Assembly (NCBI GenBank): GCA_964188305.1
Contig: OZ076894.1
Length of the DNA stretch: 64,000 bases
DNA from: Podarcis bocagei
Taxonomy: Eukaryota
Direction: 5' to 3' (one strand)
The stretch's first letter is position 1. Each line of letters starts with the position of its first letter. Below are positions 50,285 through 63,719 of this stretch, piece after piece. Under the pieces are notes generated by a model that was not told the origin of the DNA, ran no database searches, and saw nothing but the letters and a program-made list of their open reading frames with translations. Made by a program: the position numbers and the translations under genes.

Positions 50285-51183
50285 TAATCCATTCCAGGCG
50301 GATACCCTGTAGGTTGGTAGCACAATATCAGGACCTTGGTCAGCTCCCTGTTGAGCAAGTCTCAGGGACAGAAGACAGTGAGCTTGGAATGGTGCTCCAG
50401 CAATTATTTGGAGCTGACTGTAGGCTTCAGTACTCATGGTCCCAAGTTGTTCTCTCTAGCAACTTCTTTCCCAAGCATCAAGAGCCCATGCATAACTCAT
50501 AAATGTTGGCTCTTGTCAAACTGGGTGGTTTCCTACTTCTCTGATTGTTCCTTGGTCATGGCGGGATGTTTTCCTGCACTTCACAGGGTTCCAAGGAGGT
50601 GGAGAGTGGGTTGGACTGATATCAGTAGTGCTGGCCCTGTGACTCCCTGTCTCTGTGGTAGTCTTTGGCAAGGCAGGGGCTTCAGGCATGATTCCTACCC
50701 CTGGTCTTCCTTTTGTTGCTCCTTCTGTACTTTTTCTAACTCCGCAGCACCCTTTTTGATTTGGGAGCATCCAGAACTGCACTAGTGCATTAAATGTGGT
50801 TAGGGTGTGAATTGATGTAGTGACCTGGTCATACTTTCTGGTTTTAGTCCCTCTGTTCTGAATCCCTAACACTGAATTTTCCTCTTTTTTTGGGGGGGGG
50901 GTGCCATTTCACACCAACTATCCATCATGATCACATGAGAGAGATCCACACCATATATTTAAAGCAACAATTTAACCACCACGGCTTCCCCTAAATAATT
51001 CTGGGGGCTGTAATTTCTAAAGGGTGCTGGGTGTGTGTTTCCTGAAAATTCTCAACTACAGTTCCCATGATTCAGAAGGAAGTCACGACTGTTAAAGTGG
51101 CGTAAGAGTGCTTTGAATGTATAGATATAACGTCATCTTTTTTTCTGAGTAGCTGCAGTTGCCTTATACTCCATCTGCTGGTA

Positions 51184-51409
51184 CAGTGGTACCTCGGGTT
51201 ACAGACGCATCAGGTTACAGACTCCGCTAACCCAGAAATAGTACCTCAGGTTAAGAACTTTGCTTCAGGATGAGAACAGAAACTGTGCTCCGGCGGCATG
51301 ACAGCAGCGAGAGGCCCCATTAGCTAAAGTGGTGCTTCAGGTTAAGTACAGTTTCAGGTTAAGAATGGACCTCTGGAACGAATTAAGTTCTTAACCCGAG
51401 GTACCACTG
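51184..51409. mobile_element. Tigger/pogo-like MITE
   Basis: Family TIRs, TA flanks. Confidence 0.9.
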
Positions 51410-51978
51410 TATTGTGAAAGAAAGTGTCATTCCTTTCATCCATGTTCATCAGCCATTTTGTTTCCTATTCAGTCAGTTTGGAGAGATGCTTCTGGAACTC
51501 TTCACAATCTGCGCTGGATTTCAACCTTTCCTGGGTTAGCTTGCTGCTCTCCGATGAGACCTTTAGTCTGTTCTTATCTCCTGGCTAATTTTATTTATTT
51601 ATTTATTTCCACCCCACCTTTCCTTTAACGGCAAGTCTCGATATGCTTGGCAGATTTGGGCTTTAAAGTGGCTTAGAAGATTATGACAGTTTAATGAGTC
51701 AAAGCATCTTTAAATGCTTATCCTGTCCAAATGACTCAAGGCAGCTCAAGTATTTAATGTTGCCTGGAGGTATAAAACTGTATAAAGAAGTCTCCTTGTA
51801 ACCAGATCTGTCGTCATCACACATTTTCCCTTCCTTTCCTTTGAGATATGTGGGCAGGACCCATACTTGCGGTGTAACACCTTTTGACCACCTCCAGAAA
51901 CTTTTCTTTGGGGCCATTCTTTGACAAAATGCAACGTTTTGCTTGACGGCACCTGCCTGCACTAAAGGAAATGCAAGC

Positions 51979-52013
<35 letters not shown>

Positions 52014-52558
52014 TTTTATTTATACCCCAGCTAAGACTGGGCTCAGGGCGGCTAATACCAGGTATAAAAACAATTGATTGAAATACAACTTAAGAAACAA
52101 GATTAAAATACAACATTAAAATGCAGCCTCATTTCAGTAGAAACTCAAATAAAAAACTTTTGGGGGGATGAAAATGTCAAGTCTTCACCAAGGCTAACTA
52201 TCCAGACTGGTCCTACGTGGGCTAGAAAAAAGCCAGGGAAGTCCCCAAATAGGAGTTCCATCACAGAAGGAGAAAGGAAAAGAAAGAAAGAGGGGGAGGG
52301 GATCAAGTTGATTCTAAACCAAAGGCTAGGTGGAACAACTCTGTCTTACAGGCCCTGCAGAAAGAAATCAGATCCCGCAGGGCCGTGGTCTCATGAGACA
52401 GAGTGTTCCACCAGGCCGGAGCCAGTGTTGAGAAGGCCCTGGCTAATCTGACTTCCTTAGGGCCCGGGTCCTCTAGGGTGTTGCTATTTATGGACCTTAA
52501 GGTCCTCCGTCGGGCATACCAGGAGAGGCAGTGCTGTAGGTACGAGGGTCCTAGGCAT
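51979..52558 (-). mobile_element. L2-clade LINE 3' fragment (second subfamily)
   Basis: LGPSYLQHCLSWYARRRTLRS...AFSTLAPAWWNTL...FCRACKTELFHLAF; (TTA)n tail. Confidence 0.85.
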
Positions 52559-53698
52559 ACCAGAGCTCTTGCTGACATGAGACCATCATGTCCAAAGAAA
52601 GGAACATGGGTGTTGGGGTGGGGAGCACCCACCTCTGTATCTTTAAATTATGACCTAGGGAAAGTAGCATGTTTTCAGGCTGCAAGACATAATCAAAGTC
52701 TCGAAGACCTCCCTTCCTATGTAAAGTAGGGACAAGTGCTCAATTGAAATGGAACTGACTGGTAGTAGCTCTCCAGATTTCAGGTAAGGGCATTCCCAGC
52801 TCTACCTAGAGAAGTTGGGGGTTAAACCTCTCTCCTTCTAGCACTGAGCTGCAGCCTTTCTTCTTGGGGGCTTGCCTAAGGCCATTTGACTTCATGGCTG
52901 AGTTGACTTTGCACTGGACACTTTCTGGTTTCTGTCACAGTCTTATGCAGTACAATTCTCTATTCATACAGAAGCCCACCCTGCTGCGATCAATAGGACT
53001 TACTGCAGCTACCTGTGTATAGGATTGTAGCTTTAGTCAGTATTTCCATGAGCTGAACCAAACAAAACAAAAGTCCTGCCCATCTCCTCCAGGCAGCCTG
53101 AGAGTTAAATCTAGTTCCTCTCACCTTGCCACTGAATTCCAGCATTTGCTGATTTATAAACACACCCTTTGGAATTGTAAAGAATCTCATAAAGGTTTTG
53201 CACAATCCTTTAATCTTAATAGGTGTTTTATAACTTGGGCTACAAGATGCTTTATAGTTCCTAGTGGTTGCGTAGATGGTCTTACACCTGCCTGCTTTAA
53301 TGTAATTTCATGGCAGAATTCAGAGGATGCTGTGAAATGGCTGTAGGGTACTCTCTGGGTGGCTTTGAAAGCCCAAGTCGCATCAGATATTCAAATGGGC
53401 AGAGTGATAGGTTTTATGGTTCCAGCCTTTTGTAATGACCCAAGAAGCCAATGTTGAACCCGCTGTAGATCTTTAACTCTTCTGAGTAGTGGGATGCTGC
53501 CAATAAAAGGACCACGTGGGAAGTCATCTAGACTGTTTATGTGAAGGCCCTTGTGTCATTGTGTGTTGCTGATTTCTTCTTGTGACTGTCCAGTTGGGAT
53601 GTCGGAGGATACAGGCAAAAGCAGAAATGGGCATGGAAATTGCCAGTGTTCAATTACTCTTCCCACGCCTGGAGCAGAAACCAAGCCAGTGAATAATA

Positions 53699-53940
53699 CA
53701 GTGGTACCTCGGGTTAAGTACTTAATTCGTTCCGGAGGTCCGTTCTTAACCTGAAACTATTCTTAACTTGAAGCACCACTTTAGCTAATGGGGCCTCCTG
53801 CTGCCGCCGTGCCGCCAGAGCACAATTTCTGTTCTCATCCTGAAGCAAAGTTCTTAACCTGAAGCACAATTTCTGGGTTAGTGGAGTCTGTAACCTGAAG
53901 CGTATGTAACCTGAAGCATATGTAACCCGAGGTACCACTG
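53699..53940. mobile_element. Tigger/pogo-like MITE
   Basis: Family TIRs; left flank TA, right flank TC. Confidence 0.88.
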
Positions 53941-54266
53941 TCACGGCATTCATTTTCAGTCAGCAAACGATACACAGTTTGATTATGTGCCCTCAGCCCA
54001 TTCGCGTTGCATTTCCTTTGCATTTAAATGAATGGGGTGGAATCACATAATTATAACATAAGTTACGTAATCTATACATTCATTATGTACATTATGTATG
54101 TACATAATGTAAGTTGCAATATTCTTCCATCACGGAGAGTAAGACAGATAACGTCATTTTTGGTGGAAGAGGAACTGCAGAGGAATGGAAACAGCGCTGC
54201 AGGGTGGAATGGAAAGCGATCCCTTCTTACATCCTATTGGGGAAACAGAATGCCAGCAACCAGGAG

Positions 54267-54787
54267 TTGCTCTACGTGGGGCTGCCCTTGAAGCTGTCCC
54301 AGAAACTCCAGCGGGTGCAGAATGCTGCAGTGAGGCTCCTCACAGGGTCTATGCCATGGGAGCATATTCACCCAGTGCTTTTTCAGCTGCATTGGCTCCC
54401 GGTGAAGTACAGGGTCAGATTTAAGGTGCTGGTTTTGACCTTTAAAGCCCTTCATGGCCTAGGACCCTCGTACCTATGGGACTGCCTCTCCTGGTATGCC
54501 CCACAGAGGACCTTAAGGTCCATAAATAGCAACACCCTAGAGGTCCCGGGCCCTAAGGAAGTTAGATTAGCTCAATAGAGTTGTTCCACCAGGCCTTTGG
54601 CTTAGAATCAGTTTGATTCCCTCCCCCTCTTTCTTTTTCCTTTCTCCTCCTATGAAGAGATTGCACCCTAATGTTTTAATGCTGTATCTTGATCTTTTAA
54701 ATTGTAATTTAATCAACTTGTTTTTATTATTGGTTGTTAGCTGCCCTGAGCCCGATCTTGGCTGGGGAGGGCGGGGTATAAATAAAA

Positions 54788-54838
<51 letters not shown>

Positions 54839-54848
54839 CATTATCATT
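54267..54848 (+). mobile_element. L2-clade LINE 3' fragment (second subfamily)
   Basis: LYVGLPLKLSQKLQRVQNAAVRLL...HIHPVLFQLHWLPV...FKVLVLTFKALHGLGPSYL; internal deletion; (TTA)n tail. Confidence 0.88.
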
Positions 54849-56445
54849 ACACCTGATTTATTCCACATGACAGAAGCTTGCATAGGTCTCCATGGACCTT
54901 CACCCACACTGGGGCAAGGTAGGAGCTTAGAATGACTGTGGGGGAAGGCTTTTAGACAAGAGGACCCTCAGGACCCTCAGTAGAATAAGGGAGAATCCAG
55001 AGGTGATTGAGTGGGGTGAACCATTTCAGACAGCAGATGGGGAATGGCATTTTGGAGTGCTCTCTCATGAAAAAGCAAACCAGCAAGTAGAACAAAACAA
55101 AACCTTAGCACATCAGAAAGAAAAAAACCTGGTCCCTTCAGCTACCTGTTCCACTAATTATTTTTTACCTGCAAGGAGTTCTTTTTAAAAAATAAATAAA
55201 AAATGTAGTCTTCTTAATTTTTCATTGCATGCAGACCAGGCCTTAGCAGCTCTCTGTAATGGAAGAAAAAACTCATCTGAAATCTCCCATTTGTATACAG
55301 CACACCCAGTTATTCTTTTGTTTCCTAGACCCCACCCCCCACCCCTATTCTTGTCTTTATTTATTAATCACAGGAACTCCTCCCACCTTGGCCCACAACA
55401 GGTGTACTATTTGGGACGGTTAAGCAAAAAACAGAATTTTCAGGCTGCAATCTTATACCCACTTTGCAGTTTCCATTGAAAAGTATGGAGCCTTCTCCTC
55501 ATTATACCTGCACAGGATTACACTGTCAGCCTCCTTCTTGAGGACTAGTAACAGTGGAAGGATATCATCCTAATGCACCTGGGTGGGCTGCTGCCAATAG
55601 TCAGAAGACCAAGCTGACAGACTGCTGTTCTGACCCAGCGCGACGAGGCTGCATTTCACCAGTTTCGTGATTAGGAAGGCTGTTTAGTACACAAGAGCGG
55701 TTCTAGTTTTAGGAAACATTTGCTCAGGATCCGTTCTGAAATCTGCATGCAAAGACCCGGGCCTTTCAGGCCACTGAAGCCGTTTGTCAGACCACCATGC
55801 CCCCATTCTCTGCTCCCTTTAATAGCCTTTTGTACAGCTTCCTCCCGGTTCTGCTTTCTTCCCATCAGCAACAACAGCTGCTTTATGCTCTGCTGACGCT
55901 GCATGCCTTTGAAGAGCCAGAGTGCTGCTTCGGAAACTGTGCCGTTCTTTAACAATGGGAAGTGGCCCTCCCCGTTGAGCTGCTTGCTTTATTTTTATCT
56001 CCATTGAAGTGCAGCCAAGGCGAGTCATGAAACCATGGAGTGTGGAAATGTGTCTCTGTGGCTGGTTTAATGCAAAGGTCTGATTGAGAACCGGAGGAGA
56101 GAGGCTGCCCTTGATCGCTCTGCTCATTCCTTCTAATGACAGGAACTTCATTTATATGGCATCTGCTTCAGCCTATGGAAGTAATAGCTCTGTTTTGCTA
56201 ATGTTTCAGCAGAGGCCCATTCCCCTCTCCCTCCCTCCAAACCTTTCCAAGATGGATCGCAAGCTAATGGTTTAAACTCTGGTCCTTTAGCGATGCATAA
56301 TTGTGACAGAGAAGATGATGACTTGCCGTCAGAGAGCTAAGGCAAACCTTAGGAAGTATATCTGGTGAGTCCACCCTGATGTGATCAATGTCGGTTGCAC
56401 AGTCTATGGAGCCAAAAAGATTTATTGGCTCCAGAGAATCGTGCG

Positions 56446-56767
56446 CATGGGTAGGCAAACTAAGGCCCGGGGGCCGGATCAGGCCCAATCGCCTTCTAAA
56501 TCTGGCCCGCGGACGGTCCAGGAATCAGCGTGTTTTTACATGAGTAGAATGTGTCCTTTTATTTAAAATGCATCTCTGGCTTATTTGTGGGGCCTACCTG
56601 GTGTTTTTACATGAGTAGAATGTGTGCTTTTATTTAAATTGCATCTCTGGGTTATTTGTGGGGCATAGGAATTTGTTCATTTCCCCCCCTTCAAAATAAT
56701 AGTCTGACCCCCTACAAGGTCTGAGGGACAGTGGACCAGCCCCCTGCTGAAAAGTTTGCTGACCCTG
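56446..56767. mobile_element. Charlie-like hAT MITE with internal tandem duplication of about 70 bp
   Basis: GGTAGGCAAACT...AAGTTTGCTGACCCTG ends; GTGTTTTTACATGAGTAGAATGTGT...TTATTTGTGGGGC occurs twice; no clean TSD. Confidence 0.7.
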
Positions 56768-57631
56768 ATTTCTTGCCCCACCCAAAGTAGCTGTGCGTAC
56801 ATGCGCCAATCCTTCTTCCCTTTCTGCTTTGCCTACCCTGCCACTGCCACTCCCATGTCCACTCAGACTTCAGTTGCTGGTCTAGGATAATATATTCTCC
56901 TAGGAATGGAGACTAATTCCATAGGGCCCCCCAAGAATCTGCTGATTGTGGCAATGATGGCAAAGGGGGGAAATTGGACCTAGTGCTTGTCTGTGTGCAC
57001 ATGGGTGCACATGTGAGACTGGGGGATGGTCAAATGCACTGCTGGCCTGCGGCTCCTGGAGGTTAATGTGGCTCTCAGGCCTAAAATGCTTAACCACTCC
57101 TGTCCCAAGACAGGTGTGGGGAGCATATTGCCAAAATGCAACTCCCATTATCCAAGCTGTCAAGGACTAGCAGGAGTGTGTGCCGGGGAAGGGGCTGGAG
57201 TCGGACCCAGGAGAGCGGGCCAGTGATTTGTGGGGAACTGCCCTAGCCAGGAGGCAGAGTCAGGGGAAGTTTCAGAGCTGAAAGGTGGCACACAGGATGG
57301 ATTGGAAGAAGAGGCAGGTGAGGCCAGCGAAGGGTTGGGTGCTTCGCCACCCTCTCCTGTGCCACTGTCTCCCAGAACTAGGAGGGGATTGAACTAGGAG
57401 GGCATTCTTTTGGCCAGGTCCTGCTGGAAATGGGCACCGGTGCCAGTGCCACTTCTCTGCCAGCAGTGGAGGTGTTGGGGATGGCAGGGTGCCACCTTGG
57501 GGCTTCCACCACCTGAGATGCCATCTTCACCCAACTAGTGGCTCGGGTTGCACTCCTAGCCAACAGGGATGATGGGAGCCCCAGCACAACTGTTAACCTC
57601 TCCCTGGTTTAGATGCTGCTTCAGTGTAGGC

Positions 57632-57769
57632 CAGCCTTTCTCAACCTGTGGGTCCCCAGATGTTGTTGAACTACAACTCCCATCACCCCTAGCTAGCAAG
57701 GCCAGGGCTCAGGGATGATGGGAGTTGTAGTCCAACAACACCCGGGGGCCCACAGGTTGAGAACCGCTG
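57632..57769. mobile_element. Charlie-like hAT palindromic MITE
   Basis: Same family as 28667 in opposite orientation; perfect TSD GTGTAGGC. Confidence 0.9.
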
Positions 57770-59057
57770 GTGTAGGCTCTGATGGGGGAAGTGTCTTGTG
57801 CTGGGACAGCACTCGGCTGCTGGGACCAGTGGCTGGTTTCACCTGCAGAGGTAAGACAAGGTGATGGGCATGGTTCAGGCCACAGGCTGTACACACTGGA
57901 GCCCTCTGAAAAGCTCCCAGGAGAGATCAACTCTGCGTTATGACCATCCCAACCAACTCTTAATTATTCTATGTCTTCATCGACAACATTCATTATGCCA
58001 TTTATTTGCCTTACTAGCTTTATTTTAATGCTTTTGTTGTGGATTATGCCTTTATATTATATTATTTTTCGCAAACCGTCCTGTGGCTGTTTTCAGTGAA
58101 GGGCAGCATAGAAATCTATTAATAAATAAACTCCTTGCTTGTGGGCTGTATGCCTGCCCCTTTGAAGGAGGCTGCAAATTATCCCTTGGTTTTGTTTTTT
58201 CCCCAAAAAATCTTCAGATGCAGGGGACTTAATTATTGGCCCAACTCCAGTTCTCTGTTTTTCAGCAAGGTCATTGATAGTGGAGCAGCAGAACAACTCT
58301 TTTTTATTTTTTATTTCATGAAGCCAATTCCACTCACTTGCTTTTATTCAAACCTGCCCCCCACCCCCCGGGGTGTGTGTGTGTGTTCATCTTCCTGGAC
58401 AGTATACATTCCCACCCCAGCTGCAATATCCAGAACAATAATTCCCCTCCTGCAACAACTAGGCTTGGGAGAGGAGGAGAAACCCTTTGATTGGCCTCAA
58501 GCCTAAGCCCAATAGTAGTGGACGAGGGGTGATTTTGTGGGGTGGAGACAAAAAGTTAACCCTTATGTCCACAATTGATGCTCCTCCACCCTTCTCCTGT
58601 TGTAATTAGTCTTTTATTGGTTTTATCAGAGGGGTTCTTTCAAGCCTTATTGTGACACCGAAGGCATTTTTGGCTGGGGGTGGGTACAACTGGGGAGAGG
58701 AGGGGCTCCTCCCTCCACAGCTTTGACCTCCTGGAAATCACCTGCACTCCACTGTAAATAGGACTGAAAGCAATCCTTTATTGTTGCCCACAGAAATATG
58801 AATTTAAGTCTAATTGTGATATGGGGGGCATTTTTGGCAGGGAGAGTCCCAACTGGGGAAAGCTAACTTTCCACACCCCAGCTAGAACACCCACAATTGT
58901 CCCTGCACTGCAGTTATATTTGGGGAAAAAAGTCTTTTATTGGCTGTGTAAATTTTCGTATGTTAACAGACCTGGATGGCCTTTGGAGGTTAGGTGGGGT
59001 AAAATGAATAAATATAAACAATTTTTCTGCCAGCTTCACATTTTATTTTAAATGGTT

Positions 59058-59059
<2 letters not shown>

Positions 59060-59092
<33 letters not shown>
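59060..59092. repeat. (CA)n microsatellite
   Basis: Direct tandem repeat. Confidence 0.95.
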
Positions 59093-59093
<1 letters not shown>

Positions 59094-60099
59094 CCATTCA
59101 AAGTTTGCACACATTTACATGAATTGATATGTGAATGAGCACGTTTTCTCTTTGATAACCGTATTTTCTTCTCCAAGAGGCTTCCCTGTACTACAAAGCG
59201 TTCATAAATACCTATTTTATTACACCTACCATAGGTCAATGCAATTCAGCTATAGAATGCATGTAAAACATTACACCAGTACATATAAAACATATATCAA
59301 TATTATAATGCTGCATCCCCTCATAAACACAAAACACAGACTGCAGAGATCAATATATTTTGAATCAACATTATGTCAGAGGTCTCCTTTTTCTGCCTCT
59401 GGGATTGATCTTGTTGGCTGCCCAAGCGAACAGTGTCGCCATTGGTGTTGTGTCGGGGATCTTATTGCACAACAAAACAGATCACGGTTCTGGGTTGCCA
59501 GTCTTTTTGCGCCAGTGTACATACTTTGAGTTTTGAGGCAATGCCTTGGGCACCAGTCACAAAATGGCTGCCGTGAGGGCATGGCCTAGCACAAAATGGC
59601 TGTTGCATTTAAAAGAACAGGAAAAGAGACAGGACCACAAAATGATGTGGGCATGGCCTTCCCGCACCCCCGGGAAAAAGGCCACTGCTGCACTTAGACA
59701 CAAAGCAAAGCTCTTCACAGCCCAACTCTGTTCAAAAGAGGAGGGAACCTGGGTGTCTTCCTGGCAGAAGTGGCTGAGATAGTGGAAACAGGAACTGAGT
59801 AGGAAGAGTAAACAATCTCTCATGTACTGTGGATTTCTGAGGGGATACTACTGAGACCTTTCACAGGTGCCCTAGGACATAATGAGAAGCATGCTGCTGT
59901 CTGCAGGTGCCATGTTGGTAACACTTGGTAATAATCTGGGCAGCAGCTGGTAGCCCTGAAATTTTATTGAGGATTTGCCCCTAAGAGTCTGTAAATAAGC
60001 AGTATGCAGATGACCAGCTTACAGGGTAGCACAACACAATTTACACAACCATGTAGTGCAGCCCTTTCCCCCAGGAACAGTAAACATGTTTTCTTGTCA

Positions 60100-60140
60100 T
60101 ATCTATCATCTATCCATCATCTATCTATCATCTATCTATC

Positions 60141-60186
<46 letters not shown>

Positions 60187-60187
60187 G
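60100..60187. repeat. (TATC)n microsatellite
   Basis: Direct tandem repeat. Confidence 0.95.
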
Positions 60188-61145
60188 CTTTGGAGAGCCA
60201 CAAACTGGGGTGTGTGTTTGGCAAGGGCCTGCCAACTCACAATGCCTGACTGGTGGACTTCATTCAATCTGTTAGGGTAGATCTTCATTTGCCTCCATAT
60301 CACATAAACACAGACATTGCTGCTGATGAAATAAGGGCTGCTAAAAAGTAGGGCTGCAAAATCTGTCCCCTAAACTATTCAGGAATTACAGGCTCGTGTG
60401 TGTGTGTGTGTGTGTCCATTGCATTTTAGTGTTGTGAAGGCACAGAATAATAGACGGTTCTCCAAATGAGGGACATCTGGTTCTGGTAAATCCAGCTAAT
60501 TAGCTACCTGAGTGCTTCAAATATTGTGAAGGCTTTTTCTCTCTCTCCCCACTGCCCGCCCCCAAATCAGTATTTCAAACTAATGAGGAATTCATCTAAA
60601 TGTGGAGCAGTTCTTGGCAGAGAGAACTGGCCACCTGTCTCGAAGCTGACACCCCTTTCCCTCAACATTTGTTCGTGGTGCCCTTAAAACATCAACTGCG
60701 ATGTTTACATGGTGCTGTTTTGCTGCGCTGTACCCATGTATCTGTTCATATGCTCCAGTCTAAACTATTACGTAGCAAGTCTGGTCCTTGGATCGCTTGC
60801 TTGTGTTATTTGGAAATCTCTGTGGTCTTGGCACCTTGTTCTGCCCTTGCTCATGATAGCCGAGTGAGTTGTATGGGTGAGTCCCCGAGGAATAAATTCA
60901 CTGCATTTTTATTTAACAAAATGTATATACCCTCTCAATAACACCTCCAAGCGATTTACAGGAAATACTAAAAATATCAATAAAAAAGCATGTGCTTAAA
61001 ACGTTCAGAAATAATTAAAATGAACAACAAAAGAGATTAAGACACATCAAAATCTACGTGACTGGGCAGGCTTCCCAAAACAAAATTATTTTCAGCAGGC
61101 AACAAGAAAAGGACAGAGAAGGTGTCAATAGGCAGGGACTTCCAA

Positions 61146-62203
61146 ATTTTAAATTTTATTTATGCTTTCCAGATGGATAAATTTCCCTAATTTTACAATC
61201 GTAACATTTCAAACTTGTCTTCCTTCCCCCTCTTTCTGCAGTTCCTTCAATTTATTTTTAGTATCTTCTGCATATCCAAATTAACTTAATATGCTCATTT
61301 ATTCATCTACTTTAAATATATACTCTTATCAAACTGCAGGTTATTACAATAATCCTGCCAGTGTTCTTATCTGTTTACAATCTATCTGTAAATATTCAAC
61401 AAACCGTTTCCATAACATTCTTGCCACTGTAGTAGCGCACATGAATAAGTTTCTGTACAGTTTTGGTAGTTCCGTCCCTATAATTCCCAAAAGAAAAGTT
61501 TCTGGTTTTGTTTTGTTTTGTTTTGTTTTACAAACATCATTTTAAACATCCTTTTCAATTCATTATATATTTCCCAGTAAGCTTTAACCTTCTCCCTTCT
61601 TGGGAGAAAAGCAATGACAAACCTAGACAGCATCTTAAAAAGTAGAGACATCACCTTGCCAACAAAGGTCCGTATAGTTAAAGCTATGGTTTTCCCAGTA
61701 GTGATGTATGGAAGTGAGAGCTGGACTATAAAGAAGGCTGATCGCCGAAGAATTGATGCTTTTGAATTATGGTGCTGGAGGAGACTCTTGAGAGTCCCAT
61801 GGACTGCAAGAAGATCAAACCTATCCATTCTGAAGGAAATGAGCCCTGAGTGCTCACTGGAAGGACAGATCCTGAAGCTGAGGCTCTAATATTTTGGCCA
61901 CCTCATGAGAAGAGAAGACTCCCTGGAAAAGACCCTGATGTTGGGAAAGATGGAGGGTACAAGGAGAAGGTGATGACAGAGGACGAGATGGTTGGATAGT
62001 GTTCTTGAAGCTACCAGCATGAGTTTGACCATACTGCGGGAGGCAACGGAAGACAGAAGTGCCTGGCATGCTCTGGTCCATGGGGCCACGAAGAGTTGGA
62101 CACGACTAAGCTACTAAACAACAACAAGCTTTAACCTTACTACAAGACCACAACATATGATAAAAAAGAACCTTCTTTCTCTTTACATTTCCAACATTTG
62201 ATT
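61146..62203 (-). mobile_element. L1 LINE 3' fragment, interrupted by BovB
   Basis: Removing BovB restores KCWKCKEKEGSF-(frameshift)-YHMLWSCSKVKAYWEIYNELKRMF, a CCHC zinc knuckle typical of the L1 ORF2 C-terminus. Confidence 0.75.
61592..62125 (+). mobile_element. BovB LINE 3' fragment
   Basis: MTNLDSILKSRDITLPTKVRIVKAMVFP...; 13-bp TSD AAGCTTTAACCTT (61579-61591, 62126-62138). Confidence 0.95.
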
Positions 62204-62898
62204 TAGATTAATCAAGGACAGAGTTCTCAAGGACTGGATGAAGAGTCCTGCAGGTCTGCATTTGGCTGTTGGACCTGAGTTTCCTCATCCCTGAAATACA
62301 GGAAAGATCATAATGACCTTCTCCCGGGCCTTTGATTCCAGCTGTGTTCACTGTTGCTGTTCAGTGCAATATCTGATGCTGAACTACATTGATGGAGAGC
62401 CACCTTGAGAGTTTGCATATAGCAATCTGGTCTTTTGCATACGTGGCGATCTCGCTGAACGTTTGTCACCCATGTGACGTACGATCCGCTTCCTTCGTGT
62501 GCGTTCTTATTGATTCATTTTCTTTCTGGGATCCGATGCTGTTAAACTATTAGTGAGGGTGGGAGACGCAAGTCTTTCATTGGCCTGTCACTGTGAATAT
62601 CTACCAAAGTGTGGTTTCGTATGAGTGAGATAATTCATCACTGTCAGGGCAAGAATGGGCTGGCTGTAAATACATTTTTAAATGAAAAGAATTTAATGGG
62701 CTTTCTCCCCAACAACATGGGAGAATCAGCAAAATTTTTTTGTAGATTGAAGGGGAGAAGTTAAAAAACAACAACCACACACCAGAAGGACAAATTATTC
62801 AAGAGATGCATGCTGCCTTGGAGAGGGAATGAAATGATGGATAGAGTGGAATTGGAGCAGCAGGTATTTTGTATTAATCCCTTGTGCCAGCATGGAAT

Positions 62899-63719
62899 TG
62901 TTGGAAACTGGCCCCCTCGGGAAAGGCTGGCTCCTCTTCCCAGGCTTGTCGGGGCCTGTTGCCGGTGATCTACCCTGGCTGGTCTCCTGGCAGACCAGGG
63001 AGATCTGGAATAAGCGACACCTCGGAGCTGGGCATGTTTAGCCTGGAGAAGAGGAGGTTAAGGGGTGATATGATAGCCATGTTCAAATATATAAAAGGAT
63101 GTCACATAGAGGAGGGAGAAAGGTTGTTTTCTGCTGCTCCAGAGAAGCGGACACGGAGCAATGGATCCAAACTACAAGAAAGAAGATTCCACCTAAACAT
63201 TAGGAAGAACTTCCTGACAGTAAGAGCTGTTTGACAGTGGAATTTGCTGCCAAGGAGTGTGGTGGAGTCTCCTTCTTTGGAGGTCTTTAAGCAGAGGCTT
63301 GACAACCATATGTCAGGAGTGCTCTGATGGTGTTTCCTGCTTGGCAGGGGGTTGGACTCGATGGCCCTTGTGGTCTCTTCCAACTCTATGATTCTATGAT
63401 TCTATGACCTCCCTGATGAAAGGGGCACACCCCCTTCCCCCTTGCATAGCAGCAGGAGAAAGAAGACAGTCGGAAAGTAGTCTATTTCATTTCTACTTTT
63501 ATTCCTGACTATACACTGTACAAAAGCATGTCTTCTCACTCAGAAACCTCCGAGCAACTCACTGATTCCTCCTGGACACAAACAACAGGAAGGTCTCATG
63601 TTACACACAGAACATAACCCTGAGAATCGCCTGGAACATCCTGTCCCATGCTTAGTCCCATCATGTGATGTAAACATCGAACTGCTTGTTCGCAGCTGCG
63701 TAGTACTCATATCATAACA
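62899..63719 (-). mobile_element. Solo LTR interrupted by CR1
   Basis: TGTTGGA...TCATAACA termini; TSD GGAAT (62894-62898, 63720-63724); shares CATCATGTGATG with the LTR at 30219. Confidence 0.7.
63024..63406 (+). mobile_element. CR1 LINE 3' fragment
   Basis: ELGMFSLEKRRLRGDMIAMFKYIKG...FHLNIRKNFLTVRAV; (ATTCTATG)n tail; ACCTC duplicated at the flanks. Confidence 0.95.

Noticed and set aside
54070-54112. AT-rich palindrome TACATTATGTA-TG-TACATAATGTA and the AGTTATAAG repeats near 37680
   Set aside because: Low-complexity local slippage; no spacer-repeat array structure, so not CRISPR-like.
57158-57420. LTR-like purine-rich segments (also about 1690-1950, 21690-22146, 43288-43563)
   Set aside because: No clean TG...CA plus TSD pair could be established.
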